A DNA stretch of 52,771 bases, filler included, from Sphacelaria rigidula (GCA_964200075.2; 3 parts of 3 records of this genome joined end to end with filler, not necessarily neighbours in it); one strand, 5' to 3'; positions 39,394 through 52,486 are shown, numbered from the whole stretch's first letter. The notes: generated from the sequence alone by a model not told the origin. Translations and numbers: made by a program.

Positions 39394-40126
39394 GTGAGAG
39401 TTCGCGTGGCAACTGTTGAGAGTACGAGCAGTATGTCATGCTGTCATAGGGGGGGGGGGGGGGTATTTTGGGCAATTTCCCCCACGAAATTGCAATTCAA
39501 ATCGTCGTTGAAAGCAGCAAAGTTTGTTTGAACGTGCGTGTTGCCCCCAAATAACGCTCCTTCATACTACGTGACGCCGTTTTCATATAAATTCAATCGC
39601 ACCGCGAGTGTATCAGGTCGTGTGACACGCCTGTGAGCCTTGTTTTCGTGGAATCAGCCCCCCCAGCCCCCCCTGCCCCCTACGATCGTAGCATGACTCA
39701 CTATCGGTTGAGGTTTCCACAGTCGGTTCGACACTTGTCGAACGAAGTATGGGAGTATGGATACACCTGCATGTATCTACAATATAGGGGAACTAGTGGC
39801 AACATATGATCCTTGATGCAGATCGAGCCGACGTCCGGGGAACGGTTGCCTTAGTGTCACCGTAGCAATTGTGCATTGCTTCAAGCATTTCATCAAGTTC
39901 ATGTGTTGAGCGTGTGCTTTTTACCGGGGGCGTTTTCACGGCCCCACGGCCTTACCCGCTGCCCAAATTGGGCGGGGATATTACCCTCAGGAACCGAATC
40001 AGGGCAGACAAGCAGGGCCTCCAGTTTCGATTGTTTTTTCTTGCTGCGCGCGTGTAGCCGAGGGCACCAATATTGTGCAATAGCGTTTCTTTGTGGGGCA
40101 CATTCATTATTCATTCGTAGGCTCAG

Positions 40127-40388
40127 GTCGCGTCCCGGTGGTGTAATGGTCCGACTGTCGTCATTAGGGCGGAGAGAATGAGGGTTCGATTTGCGATCGA
40201 TGCGTTGGGTTTTTATATCTTAATATCTGATTTCCACTGTGGGAAGCGTGAGAACGTGAGTAAACAAAGGGGGTGACTGAGTTTGTTCGACGTGAGTTGA
40301 CGCGGTGCGGGAGTGCTGACTCAGGCCACGAGATCAAAATGCAAGCCGTGTACCGGGGAGAGATGGGTTGATCGCTTGAGACCACGCA
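40127..40388 (+). mobile_element. tRNA-derived SINE family A, copy 3
   Basis: gtcccggTGGTGTAATGGtccgactgtcgtcattaggg...gagGGTTCGATT; colinear with the other copies. Confidence 0.8.
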
Positions 40389-41653
40389 CACCCGACCATT
40401 CGGCTACCCTGTAGAGGTTTTTCCAAACTTCACCCTCAGTTCCGTGCGTTTTGAAATAGCCACTAGAGGATCTTGGGTATTAGCAATCCTCTAGAGGATT
40501 TTCGATGTTGGGACCCTCGAAGGTCTGTGCCGATATTCAAATCCCTTGGATTGTTTATGAAGGCACAAGTGCTACGGAAATCTGGAATTTGGACAGCCTT
40601 TGCTGCTCGAAATAATCATACACTCGCAAATGGAATTCGTACAGCAGAAGCTTTCCGAAATATATCCCCATTTTGACCGCCAATACCTGGAATTGGGCAA
40701 AATAAGAACTCATTTGCGAGCAGCTTCTGCTGTTCAAGTCCCACATACTGCACCGTATCAGCGGATGAGTTTCGACTTGAACAGCAGAAGTTGTTGAAAT
40801 TTATCCTCTTGCCCCCAGCTCATATATCAATGGGGCAAGGAGATAGAATTCTTCAAGAGCCTCGGCTGCATACAAATCGCATACACTGCGAGTGTATGTC
40901 CACATGGCTGTGCTCCGAAGCATCAACCTTTAGCAGCTGCTGTGGTATAATGGTGGATCTCCAGTATATAGCTCGCAAATCTATGTACATAGCTCATCAA
41001 AACCCCGTAGTCCCATGTCGACAAAAGCAACACACGATACTTTTAAATAAAAAATGCTAAAATATTTTATCGCGGTTTATACCGGATACTTTGATGGGGA
41101 TATATAATCTCAACCGTACCGGACTATACAATACCATGCAGGACAGTGCCATACCGTGCGTATACGTGCGGTGCCATATACTGCAGAGTTAGCGCGGCAT
41201 ATGCGCTATGTATAGCTATACAATGTGGATACCTGCAGCTTATTTTGATACATAGGGGTGTTATCTATCGTCAGGAACTGCAGGTCACATGCGCGTTTTT
41301 GCAGCAAATGCGCACAACTGCAGCACAGCGGGTAGGGCGTGAAAGGGAAGCGGGAAAAGTACAGTACAGACAGCGCAGGACTATATATGTTCTCCACCTA
41401 CAGTGCGACGTGAACAGGACTTGACCAACGTGCAGCTATACACGGCCTGCACTGTCCATAGTGAGTGCGCGTATGCAATAAGCTGCTTATTCCCCACCCT
41501 ATATCCCGCGTGGTTCCGTCGCCGTGCGATGCCGCGACTATGGAAGAAGATGCTCAAGTTTCCATCAACAAGAAATACATGATACCCAACCACGGCAGTG
41601 TGTATCTATATCCCTGTGCCCAGCTCGTGCTCTTTGCTGCAGGATTGCTGCAG

Positions 41654-41892
41654 GGTATTCCGTGGCCCGTGGCGAAGGATAGATGTTTTATATTTCGTAT
41701 TATTGGAAAGTGCCTTGACGGAGTCGATCCTATGACAGAGGGATCACATGTGGGGTGAGGGCAGGCGGCAGTGTCGCTGCCGGCCTGAGCATGGGACTGT
41801 AGTCACACACACTTGACTACCAGTACCTGTGTGTCAGCGTAAATCTACCCGCACATGTGCATGTTCACTCAGTGTACCCGTTTACATGAACA
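41654..41892 (-). repeat. 3' LTR
   Basis: Direct repeat of 47512-47750 (about 17 mismatches by eye); begins TGTTCATG on the minus strand; terminal CA altered. Confidence 0.95.
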
Positions 41893-41900
41893 CCCCCTCT
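41893..41900 (-). other. Polypurine tract
   Basis: AGAGGGGG on the minus strand immediately before the 3' LTR. Confidence 0.85.
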
Positions 41901-42190
41901 GCACCGGTACATCAGTCGTCGTGGCTATCTCTCTCTCTCAAGGAAGACAAAAGGTTATAAGGGGGAAACCTGGCCATCCGAGCAAAAAAAAACTCCTCTC
42001 AACAGCTTGTGCTCCATCTAGATAATCCATGGACGCCGGTCAAGGCAGATACACGTCATGTCAGGAAACGCCGTACAAAACCCCTGCCCCTCAAAGTAGC
42101 GTGGGCGGCTAAACCCAATCTACGCATAAATGCATCACGAACACCTGAAAATACCCGGAGCTAGCACAAGCGTACACACAAAAAACGTAC

Positions 42191-42898
42191 CTACTTGTCA
42201 CTTTCCAAGTTCATCCAAAACCGTCTGTGCCTCGCAAACAGGTTGATCGAGAGAGGCTTCGTCAAAATATCAGCATGCTGCCATCCTGAACCTACGTGCA
42301 CAACCCTAATCTTTCCCGTCCCCACTAGCTCTCGAATGAAGTGATACCTTACGTCGATGTGCTTACGTCTATCGGAACTGAGGAGATTTTCGGCCAGAGC
42401 TTTTGCTCCCTCGTTGTCCTTGTACAAAACAATACCGTGGTCCTCTCCGCATCCTGACGCAGTCTGAGGTCGCAGGAACGCCAACACTGCCTTTACGAAC
42501 AGTCCCTCCTTTGCCCCCTCGGCCATTGCGGAATACTCTGCCTCCGTGGTTGACAAAGTTACAGAGTGTTGCGTGCAGCCCGTTGCCGACACTACCACAC
42601 CACCGTACATTACAGCTGCCTCTGAGACCGAACGCCTGTCGGTTTCCTTTTTAGCGTAGTCTGCATCGCAGTAAACTGAAAGCCTGTCATGATCTTCCTT
42701 GAACGTAAGTCCAGACTTCTTTGTCTCATTTAAATACTTAAGCACCTTTACCACAGCTTCCCAGTGCCTCTCGCATGGATCATGTGATTGGCGAGCGAGC
42801 GCTCGCTCTGAATTCGCTGTGTCAGGTCTAGTGACTGTTTCCAGCCACATCAGTCCCCCCACTGCGTTACGGTATTGGCGATTCACCACTGTCTTCAC
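42191..42898 (-). pseudogene. Copia RT C-terminus / RNase H
   Basis: YRNAVGGLMWL..TRPD, SVYCDADYA, STTEAEY, KDNEGA, KHIDVRYHFIRE, QHADILTKPL. Confidence 0.95.
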
Positions 42899-43720
42899 CC
42901 GTTGTTGGCCCCAACTTGACAGAAACAGGCAGGGATTTTCGAGTATCCCCTCACCTCAAAACGCTTGACGAGCGTGTCCGTGAACGTGGTTTGCGTCACC
43001 GACAGCATGCCTCTATCCCAGTCTCCATCCACCGCACACCCCGTGTACCATGTGGCCTCTCCGAGATTGTTCGTGGGGACCGTTTTGTTCAGGATTTGGC
43101 CCACCTTTCCCACGTTTTCCTCAGTACCACTGATAAGAATGTCGTCCACATGGACAACTAAAATCACATGCACGTCTCCTGCATCCTCCATCCTGAAAAC
43201 ACAAGGGTCAGCCTCACACTGCACCATCCCGACATCCTCCAGTAAAGTTTGGTACAGAAGACGGTACCACTGCCTGCCCGCTTGCTTGATCCCGTAAATA
43301 GATTTTTCCAGCTTCACGGTCATGTCTGTCAAAACGAAGAAACCTTCAGGCAGCCTCATGTACACGTCAGTGTCCATCTCTGCTTGAACAAAAGTCTGTG
43401 CCAGGCCGAAATGATACAGCGGCCACTCTTCCTGAATTGCCACTGCCATGACCAGTCTGATGGAGGCCATGGAGGGCGTTGCCGCGAAAGTCTCGAAAAA
43501 GTCGACTGCAAAACGTTGTCCAAATGCTCGTGCTACCAACCCTGCCTTTGCCTTCGTTATGGTACCATCTGCGCCAGTTTTCCAACTAAAAACCCACTTC
43601 ACTGAAATCACGTTTACTCCTTCCGGTACAGAGCCAGTCGGAAATGTTCCAGCCTTTTCATGATCTCCTAGTTCGGCCTGTATCGCGCCTAGCCATACCT
43701 CTCGAACTCTAATTTTGCCA
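42895..43720 (-). pseudogene. Copia reverse transcriptase (RVT_2)
   Basis: VKWVFSWK..KAGLVAR..DFFETFA, DVYMRLPEG, KSIYGIKQAGRQW, VVHVDDILI; frameshifted relative to the RNase H ORF. Confidence 0.95.
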
Positions 43721-44708
43721 TGTCATCCATACTGGTGGGTGCTGCCGCTATTTTGCTTACTGTAGGCCAACCGGTGAACGCACACCGAATTCAGGCTGCC
43801 CTACTCTGTTTTCCTCAGCAACGAAACAAAAAAAAAGGTCGTTTTCGGCTAACTCGTTTTGGATCGAGGCGATTGCGTCTTGTCCTGCCACCTTTCCTGC
43901 TGCTGCGGTGATCATCTCCACGGTTGAGCATTTGTCGTCGACCATTCCCGCCAGCGCCATCTCCGCTTCCTTTCTGCTCTCCTCCGCTCTGCTAGCCACC
44001 AGCGTTTCGCCTCGTGTGTGTGCCGACCCCATGGCCTCGCGCGTTTGGCTCCTCGTACGCCCCGCCCTTGGTGTTGGCAACTCGTCGGCCCACGCAAGAC
44101 GGCGTTGCTCGGTCTTCGGGAGTTGAGTAGTGTCGCCGCCCCCCCCACCGTCTTGCGAGGGACCCGTGGGAGAGGTTGGCAGTGCGGGCGATGAGCGAGT
44201 GTTCGATGACGATGTGAGCGTCAGCGTCGGTGTCGGCGTCGGCGTCGATGTCGGCGTCTGCGCTGGTGTCGGCGTCGGCGCTGATGTTGGCGTTGATGAT
44301 GATGATGATTCCAGCTCCCCCTCACCCCCTCCGTTGACAAAACCTGGAACGGGGATTTCTGGTATCACCCCGCCTTCCCTCCCCCTCGCGGGGACGGTGA
44401 AGGCACTTCGCCCCCTCCACTACTGACGGGGATCTGCGGTGCTGCTCCGCCCCTCCCATCAACGGAAGTTGGTGGGGAGGACGGTGCGCTTGAGGAACCG
44501 CTGGATGAAGTGTCCCCTGTCGAGTTTTCCATTCTTTCCTCGATCACTCCCTGGCCTTGATCAACGTTGGAATCCTTCGGCTCGCCCGGAGTGTCGATCG
44601 CTTGGCGTAGTGTGCGGGGGGGGGGGCGGCGGACGTACGTGCCCATGGTACATGTCTTGTCACGGTAATAGATCCTCGTACAATGAAAACTCGAATCGCG
44701 TCACGTGG

Positions 44709-45990
44709 CTAGCCTGGGGCTGGGCTCAAATACCAGCATTCTCCCGCCTTCGGCTGTAATTTGTTTGTCCGCTTCCTCCTACAAAACCCAGACTTCAAGT
44801 GCCGAATGAGATCACCGTCCGGTGGTGATCCGTACCATATCTCATGTGGTGATTTGTGGTCCGGGTCAGCCGAGGTAGCGGTACAGTTCAGGGCATGACA
44901 CGCCCAGTTTGCCTGTTCAGCCCACACCATTTGGGATGCGCTCATCTGGGTACAGCTCAGATGCTTGGATCTTGGCCGCAAGGCCTGCTGTTTCGATGAT
45001 ACCCAACACTCTCTCTGCGACACCGTTGAACTGGGGTGTGTCGGCAGTTGTCTTCTCCTACTTGATATTTTCCCTGTCGCACAGTTCACCAAATGCACCC
45101 TCCGAGAATTCACCCCCGTCATCGCTACGGACTATCTCAATCTTTCTCGAAGAGGCCCATGCCATGTATGTTGCGAGGTATCTTTCTGCCTCATCCTTCT
45201 TCCGGAGAGAATACAGCTTCGTGTGCCGTGAGTGATCATCTCGGACTATCATCGTGTACGACTTCCCCCCGTGAGACGTGACTGGTTTCGGGCCAGAAAG
45301 ATTTACAAACACCCTAAACGCTGACTTAGCTGCTCTTGTGTGCGTCGATCTTGGAATCGGCCGTGGCAGTCCCTTCGCCTCTGAGCAGCCGCGGCAGGGC
45401 TGCAGCTCCCCAGCCAGCTGCTTTCCCTGCTGCTTCGCCGTCTTTCGCCGTAAGTCCTCGTGGACGTGGGCGTGGGCACAGTAGAATTCGTTCATGTCAG
45501 CGATCTGAGGGCTTGGCGAAGCCCCCGGGGCAATAACAGCATATGCCGAAGCACACTTGTCACCACCACTTTGGTCGAGGCGGCGGGCGTATATTTTGAG
45601 TTGACGTGGTTGTCCGGGTATTTTCAGTGTATTGCCTGAAATGAGATCTACCCTGAAACCTGCACGAAAACCAGTGTAGGTGTGTCCCATATTTTGGACC
45701 CTCGTGAGTGACAAGAGGTGATGACGGACATCAGGTACATAGTACTTGTAAACATTCATTAATTTGAGCACCACATCCTGTCCGTCAGATCTGAAGGCAC
45801 GAGACAAATTTCCTCTGCCTACGATTGGGTAAGTACTACCACCCGCGCACCGTAGTACCCTACCCTTACACTCTCTGTACTCCGTCATCCCATGGGAATC
45901 GTGGGAGAAATGCTGGGTAGCCCCCGTGTCAAATACCCACGGTTCGCCCTCAGCCTGCTGTCTATTACCCCCTGCCCAACATTCAATGCA
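44709..45990 (-). pseudogene. Copia protease + pre-integrase + integrase
   Basis: WVFDTGATQH (protease); HAHVH...CRGC; VNLSGP, IVRDDHSR, RSDDGGEF; WAEQANWACHALN, SPHEIWYG; frameshifted. Confidence 0.93.
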
Positions 45991-47486
45991 TACTCGCCAA
46001 TGCCGCCGTTGATGATGGTGTCGAAAGAGGTGAAAGCCTCCTTGTCCGCCACCAAACATACGGAGGAGCTGTAGCTGTCGTCGGCCGCGCCCATCGCCAT
46101 CGCCACATCTTCTTTCTTCGCTGTCGATCTCGGACAGTCCGAGAACGTGTGCCCCTGTTGCCCGCACCTCCCACAGTATCTCTTCGGGCAGTTCCTGACT
46201 CGGTGCGTCGTGTCCTCGTCGCAAACGTGGCAGCGGAGCAGCTTCACAGTCGCCGGTTTGCCGTCAGACGATGCCGGCCCAGAGCTACTAGAACTCTGGC
46301 TCCCGCCGTTTTTCTGACCAGAGCCCTGGGGTTTCCCGGTTTTCCCTTGCGGTGTGCACCGCTTGATTTTCCGGTCCCACTCCTAGCAAAGAGAGCCTGG
46401 TCGCCCGGGGATGACTTCTTTCCCCGGGCAAGTTCCTGCTTCAAAGCGGTCGATTCGAAGCGCTTTTGGACCAAGGTTAGCACAACCTCCCGGGTCAGCG
46501 GCCCCTCTCGATCCTCCAGCAACTACTTCTGAACGTGATCCTCGAAAGGCAATGCGTTGAGGTATTCCAAAAGGATGTAGTTTCGCTTAGGGGTTGTTCC
46601 TCGTATAAGTTGAGGTCTCGTGCAATTTCCTCCATCTCGAGCGGCTTGTGCTCTGGATCACCACGAACACCAATCTTGACTCCATCGAATTTTTCCAACA
46701 AAGCGGTTCTCGCCCCATTTGTTTTGGGGCGAAAGACATCCGCGAGTCTTCTCCAAACCGCACCAGGTGAGTGCACTCTGAGCAAAATATCTTGCTTCCT
46801 CCTTCCTTCTAAACTGTCAACAAGCATCCGTCTGGCCTTCACGTGGGCTGCCACTGTGTCTTTCCCTTATCTAGTTTCTAGATACCCCAGTGCTAATTCG
46901 GGGTCACCGTCATCTACGTCGTGTGAACCATCGCCGGCCATGTAAACACCCAGTCAATTCCTCCGCCCCTCGCGAGGTTGACCAGCTCATGTCTGTACCG
47001 AGCATAATCAGCGTTCTTCCCTGAACATTTTGGGACGTTCTGTCAAAAACCAGGAACCCCTGACACATTTCCACTTGCATAGTTTATTTAGATTGACTCC
47101 CGTGCGGGGACAAAGCCCCTAGCTCCGTCACTTGTGGCCTCGTTGTCCTCTGCGCCACGCGCTCCTTCCTCTGGAACAGCTTGACTCCCGATGTACCGTC
47201 GGTCTCTTCGAACTCCGGCACCATGTCGCTCCATTGTTCTGCTTGTGTTGGGTTCCCCCTGTTGACTATGGGAACCATCACTATCGAGGACGCCATTGGT
47301 TTCTGCGCCCCCGGCATCTCTTACTGCCCTCATATCGTTCATGTCACTCTGTAATGCAGCTTGGTTTGACTGCAAATCACGCAGTAGCTGAGCCATGGAC
47401 TTCAGCTGGCTATTCACCTTCCCCAATTGCTCAAAACCACCCTGCTCACCGACTACTCTAGCAGGCCTACTACCTTGATCCGCCAT
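45991..47486 (-). pseudogene. Copia gag (UBN2-like region plus two zinc knuckles)
   Basis: SPGAVWRRLADVF..LLEKF; CHVCDEDTTHRVRNC and CGRCGQQGHTFSDC; broken into several ORFs. Confidence 0.88.
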
Positions 47487-47511
47487 TCTGCCAAACCGGT
47501 TGTATCACTAG

Positions 47512-47750
47512 TGTATTCCGTGGCCCGTGGCGAAGGATAGATGTTTTATCTTTCTCATTCTTGGAGAATGCCTTGGCGGAATCGATCCTATGACAGAGGG
47601 ATCACATGTGGGGTGAGGGCAGGCGGCAGTGTCGCTGCCGGCCTGAGCATGGTACTGTAGTCACACACACTTGACTACCAGTACCCGTGCGTCAGCATAA
47701 ATCTACCCGTACATGTGCATGTTCACTCAGTGTATCCTTTCACATGAACA
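47512..47750 (-). repeat. 5' LTR
   Basis: TG...CA termini intact; direct repeat of 41654-41892. Confidence 0.95.
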
Positions 47751-48489
47751 CAGAGTTGTGGACGTAGCTGAGAATAAATGTTATGGGTTTTGCATGGTTC
47801 GATCTGTGAACGGCGGGTGATATATATCTCCGGGTCATGGTCCATACCATACAAGATAGCTGGGGTCCCTCAGGTGCCCTGGAGGCAGTTAGGAGACAAA
47901 TGTCGTCCAGAGGTTTAATGAAGTGCAAACTCCAGAGGTAAATTTACACTCTGGAGAGAATTGTCTCCCGAAATTTCCCCCAGACTCACCCTCCGTAAAA
48001 TTATGTGCTCAGGGAATCATGTACCCTCCATCCAGAGGACTCCCTTTATGGCCGGAACTGGGGATGAAATACCCTTTAGAGGGTATTTTTATCCTCCGGA
48101 GGACCACTTTACCCTCCAGAGGATAAAAATCGCGATAGAGGATTTTCAAACACGAGCCGAATGCCCGCGTTTGCGGGCTCGTCCCGAGGAAGGGTGGGGG
48201 TTCAAAGTGCGACAAATAAAAGCAAAATTCGTTGCGTCCACCCCCTAAATCACCTCCAGCGCCCCCCCCCCCTAAATCACCTCCTGGTGAAACACCCATG
48301 AGGCAGTGCATAAGTCATGGCTGTCACTGGAAGTGGCGATACCAGAAAATAAAGCAACTCCTTGGAGGCTGTCATCCAAATGCAAGATTATCAATGGGTC
48401 TCGGACCGAACAATCTTAGCAGGGTGCGGTTCACCCTTCATGCGACTCGCCGAACACACCACGGCGCTCCGCCCTTGGTGATTGAGTGC

Positions 48490-48603
48490 AAGCCCGGTCC
48501 GGCAGAAACCCGGCGTGCTCCGTCCCGGCTTTGTAGAGATGCGAAGTCAATGGTCTGATGACCATGGCATGCATGATCATGAGGACACCCCCCGCCCCCC
48601 CCC
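48490..48603 (+). repeat. Family C repeat
   Basis: aaacccggcgtgctccgtcccggctttgtagagatgcgaagtcaatggtctgatgaccatggcatgcatgatcatgag followed by a C tract. Confidence 0.88.
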
Positions 48604-50161
48604 TAAATCACTTTTTGGCCGTTGTATTCTGCGAGGAGACTGCCACCGATCGCCTCGCTCACCCGCGCTGCTCATTTTATTCAAGATTGGTACCCAAACA
48701 TCCAAGTATCCATCGCTTTCGTGTGTGGACTCTTTCTCCAGATGGCGTCTCTCAGTTTCCCAACGAAGATGCCGCCGCCATTCTCTTAGGACGGCCATGG
48801 GCCTTGGTAGCTGCTTTCATGCCTGCCGCCGCCAGTGCGATTTCTGCTCTAATCTCACTTCAATGTTGGCGACATCGAAAAGGCTCTTGACAGCATGCAA
48901 CTGTCAACGATGCGTGTTTCTTTATTTCCAACTAGGTCATTCCAAGTGTTGCATGTTCTCCCGTATATTCCCTCCCGCCATTTCCCGCTTCCCATTGCGC
49001 CATTCTTGCTGGCGTATGGCGGGGGGCTGGCGGGGGGCTGTACAAATGAAAAAAAAAAAAGTGGAAAAATGTGTGGAAGGTGAGACGGGAAGTTGAAAAT
49101 ACGGTCGATGTTGGCTTTGGCTACTACAGGCTTCATGTGACACGCCCTGTAGTCCTCTACTTTTGTCGAAACCGTAGTTTGGGCTCATCATGAATGACGT
49201 GTTACGTTTCACAGCAGCTGAGACGACTCCTTGACGCGTTGTACAGATATGAAAGTCACAATATACTCGAAACCCCCTACAGTGTCTGATGCGCATCGTT
49301 TTTCGACTACCCATTGTGAGTGTGTGTTGTGGCGACATTTTTCTACCGCTAAATAGCTTTGTCGAGATCGAGAGATTAGCATAGCGCTACGCTATTTCTC
49401 TCCAAAACGACCCACCTCAAGTACGCCTGCCAGCTTGCCATGGTGTTTGATTTTGAGTTCGGCCGAGTGAAGCGTCAGGTTCAAAATATATTTTCTTCTG
49501 TTGCACGAGCAAGTGTCCAACCACCACGGTGCAGCCTCTGCGAGCTCTCTTGTCAGAGCTGGGCTCACCAGTTGAACCTATTGTTCCTGTCACGTTGACA
49601 GTTGAACACTGTGTACTTTGTACAGAAGCCACGACAGCCATATAATACTTTCAGCACATACCTGACTCTTGTTTTCGAGAGGGCGCTTTAATGGCATCAC
49701 GTTGTGTTTTAGGAGAAAAGGAATATCGTTCAGTGACCATCTGCGATAGGTGTTGGCGGGTAACCTCCAGAGAATATGTATCTAGTGCCACAGAGAATCA
49801 GGCTTCGCTTTTTGTTCGCACATATATAGTTATTGGTTGTCGGTACTGAAGCACGCGTTTTCTTCGGAGATGCAGACATGGGGTCGAACACACAATCGCC
49901 GTCTTTTCTGCGTTCGGGCAGACAGGCAGGTGAGCGAGGCCGCGTTTCCGTGTAGGACATACATGCCCCCGGGGTCATTGCGGTACGATGTGTTCTAGTT
50001 TTTGTGCCAACCTGTCCCGAGCCCGGTCTCTTCGTTTTTGGGGGCGACGGGAAAGGTCGTGTGAATGGACAATGTCAACACAAATCCCAGCATGCTCTCA
50101 AGCTCTCACTTACTTTTTTCAAGTTGGCACGCATTGCAGGTTTGTTTCCGATGGCCCGGTT

Positions 50162-50591
50162 AACAGCGGGTTTTCAAAAATGGATTGAACAATAAAATGA
50201 GGTTCAACTCAAAAGCAGTGCTTCCCCTGACTTGAAGTTATGGAAAATGACGTTCATGTAGACAACCTCATCCCTCCCGACCTCCCTAAGACTACTTCAA
50301 GGGATTTCCAGCCTTCCATTTTCCCCCAAGGGTATGTGAGAAAACACTTTTTTGCCTCGACTTTCATGGTGGAAGGAGGGACGCTTCTTGGCCCAAAAAT
50401 CGTGCTGTCGCACATACCCATCCTTCGGGGGAACGGAAGGCTGGAAATCTCCCGAAATAGCTTTAGGGAGGTCGGGAGGGATGAGGTCGTCCATATGAAA
50501 GTCGTTTATCACGACATTACATCAGGGAGAGCACTTATTTTGAGTTGATCCTCATGTTTTTGTTCTGCCCCATTTTTGAGAATCCGCTGTT
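50162..50591. mobile_element. Foldback MITE with about 190-bp imperfect TIRs
   Basis: aacagcggg..caaaaatgg..atgaggttcaactcaaaa..cctcatccctcccgacctccctaa..gatttccagccttcc mirrored by ggaaggctggaaatc..ttagggaggtcgggagggatgagg..ttttgagttgatcctcat..ccgctgtt. Confidence 0.88.
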
Positions 50592-50715
50592 GTTGGTTGT
50601 CCACTGAATTGGTCCAACCGATTCCGTCGTTTGCGCTGGAAGATCGCTGATCCTATTTTCATTTCCAGCGGGTGCGACTAGTTTTTGTTACTTTTATTTC
50701 CGAGAAAAGCATGTG

Positions 50716-50903
50716 TCTGATTTCCGTTGCTAAACACGAGAGAACGTGATGAGCGAGATAAATCTTCTTGTTTTGACGAGAGCCGACGCGGCGCGGGAAT
50801 ACCGGTCATGATCCAACATACGATACAAAATGCAGGAAATATACCACGGGAGAGATGAGGCAATCTGTCGAGACAACGGACGTGTCCCGAGGCAGGAAAG
50901 GGA
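50716..50903 (+). mobile_element. Diverged headless SINE family A body
   Basis: gagaacgtga..gacgcggcgcggga..atccaa..caaaatgca..gggagagatg..cggacgtgtcccgagg. Confidence 0.55.
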
Positions 50904-52265
50904 ATAAGAATGTGGCGGAAGGCAAAGAATCCCACAGCCGCCATTACCCGAAGGTTGTGCACGGTAGTGTATATGTTGTCAGAAATTGAAGATGAAGACG
51001 TGGCGTTTATCGTCACTGCTGCCGCCTGGATCCGCCGCTGATTGATTCGCTCGTCCTATAAACACCAGGCTGCTGCTGTAGTAGTGTTTAACTGTGTTGT
51101 GCATTGTCGAGGCTGAAGTTGCGTCAAACCGCGTGTAGCAGATATATATATATTGAAAGTAGTGTCAACTATCTATGCATCAATAACCATTTCCCTTTGG
51201 CGGAATAATGCAATGTCTTACGTCCGTGGAAAATAGGGAAGCAGCATATAAGTTTGACGAAAGGAAAAAATATAACAGAGAGGCGGTGTGTGAAAGAAAA
51301 GCGCGTGGAATACCTGCGAACGCAGAACACCGCGGAACAGTGAGTTTTTTCGTGGCGGCTCTCAGTTGAGGCTCGAAAAAACTACTCAGACTCACGCAGG
51401 ACACTACACTGGTTGAATTTGTTTTGTGCTGGAGATTTTACCGGCCATTACATCTTGTATGAAGCTAAATTTCACGTCTGGCCATCCGTGGCGGGTGCGG
51501 AGCAGCTCTTTCCCCACCCCTACTTTCTCTGCATGTGTGTGAAGCGGATTCGTCTATGAGCAATCTGGAAGAATCGTAGTCAAACTTGAAACAAAACAGT
51601 TTCGATTCGAAGCGATTTTGGGTTTTTCGATTTCCACGACTCATCACGGTTTCGTTGTTTATCCCAAACTAGAGGGAATCGAGACACATGCGTACCGGAC
51701 ACAAGTTTCGAGAAAGGAAAAATAATAGTGCATGAGACCAATTTTGAACGAGATACGGGCTCACCGGTCTTTGGGAGTCCTGCGAGTGTACAACCCCGGG
51801 TTCTTCCTCTCGGTATTTTCGCTCGACCAACCCGATTCCGATCGGTATAACAAACAATCATATGCCTTCATGTTTTCTATTCTTTCGATATTCATTGCGG
51901 CACAACCGAAAAACGTGTTTTTCAGCCATATGCGGTCAATCACACCCCCTCGACAAACGGGGTTTTACTCCGTTTTGCTCCCGCAACACAACATTGGGAG
52001 ATGTATCCCGAGCACAACGTAGGTCATTTTCCAATGGCTACCGACTCTCAGACTCTCGAGTTCAGGTGACAAATCGTCCGTCGAAAACTCCCCATTGACT
52101 GAATACTATGATATTTCAAGTTTGACCACTGCCATCTACCTGGAATTTCGCTGTTCGTTCAGCGGTCGGTTATTTCTTGGTAAGGACATAATTTACCTGT
52201 TGCTGACGACATTTCTTCACACAGACAACGAGAACGTCAAGACAATCTGCAGATTACAGAGACTA

Positions 52266-52486
52266 CAGCGCGTTGTAATGCGTGAGCGGACCGCGTGCTT
52301 TTTGGACCGCATTGGAGACTAAACACCCGCATGCTCAGGGTTGGGGTTAGGATTAGGGTTGCGGTCAGGGGCGCGGTCCCTGCAGGGACTGGCCCGAGCG
52401 GTCTTGAAAACGTCGATCCTATGGTGTTGTAAACTCCGATGCGGTCCAAAAAAGCACGCGGTCCTCTCACGCATTACGGCGTGCTG
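52266..52486. mobile_element. MITE with about 55-60-bp TIRs and an internal telomere-like tract
   Basis: gtaatgcgtgagcggaccgcgtgctttttggaccgcattggag vs ctccgatgcggtccaaaaaagcacgcggtcctctcacgcattac; internal gggttggggttaggattagggtt. Confidence 0.85.

Larger units (their letters stand above)
41654..47750 (-). mobile_element. Ty1/copia LTR retrotransposon, full-length (about 6.1 kb), degenerate
   Basis: Two 239-bp direct LTRs, PPT, and gag-PR-INT-RT-RH domain order on the minus strand with multiple frameshifts and stops. Confidence 0.97.

Noticed and set aside
43757..44646. Pro/Thr/Ser-rich ORFs within the retrotransposon
   Set aside because: Ordinary variable linker between copia integrase and RT.
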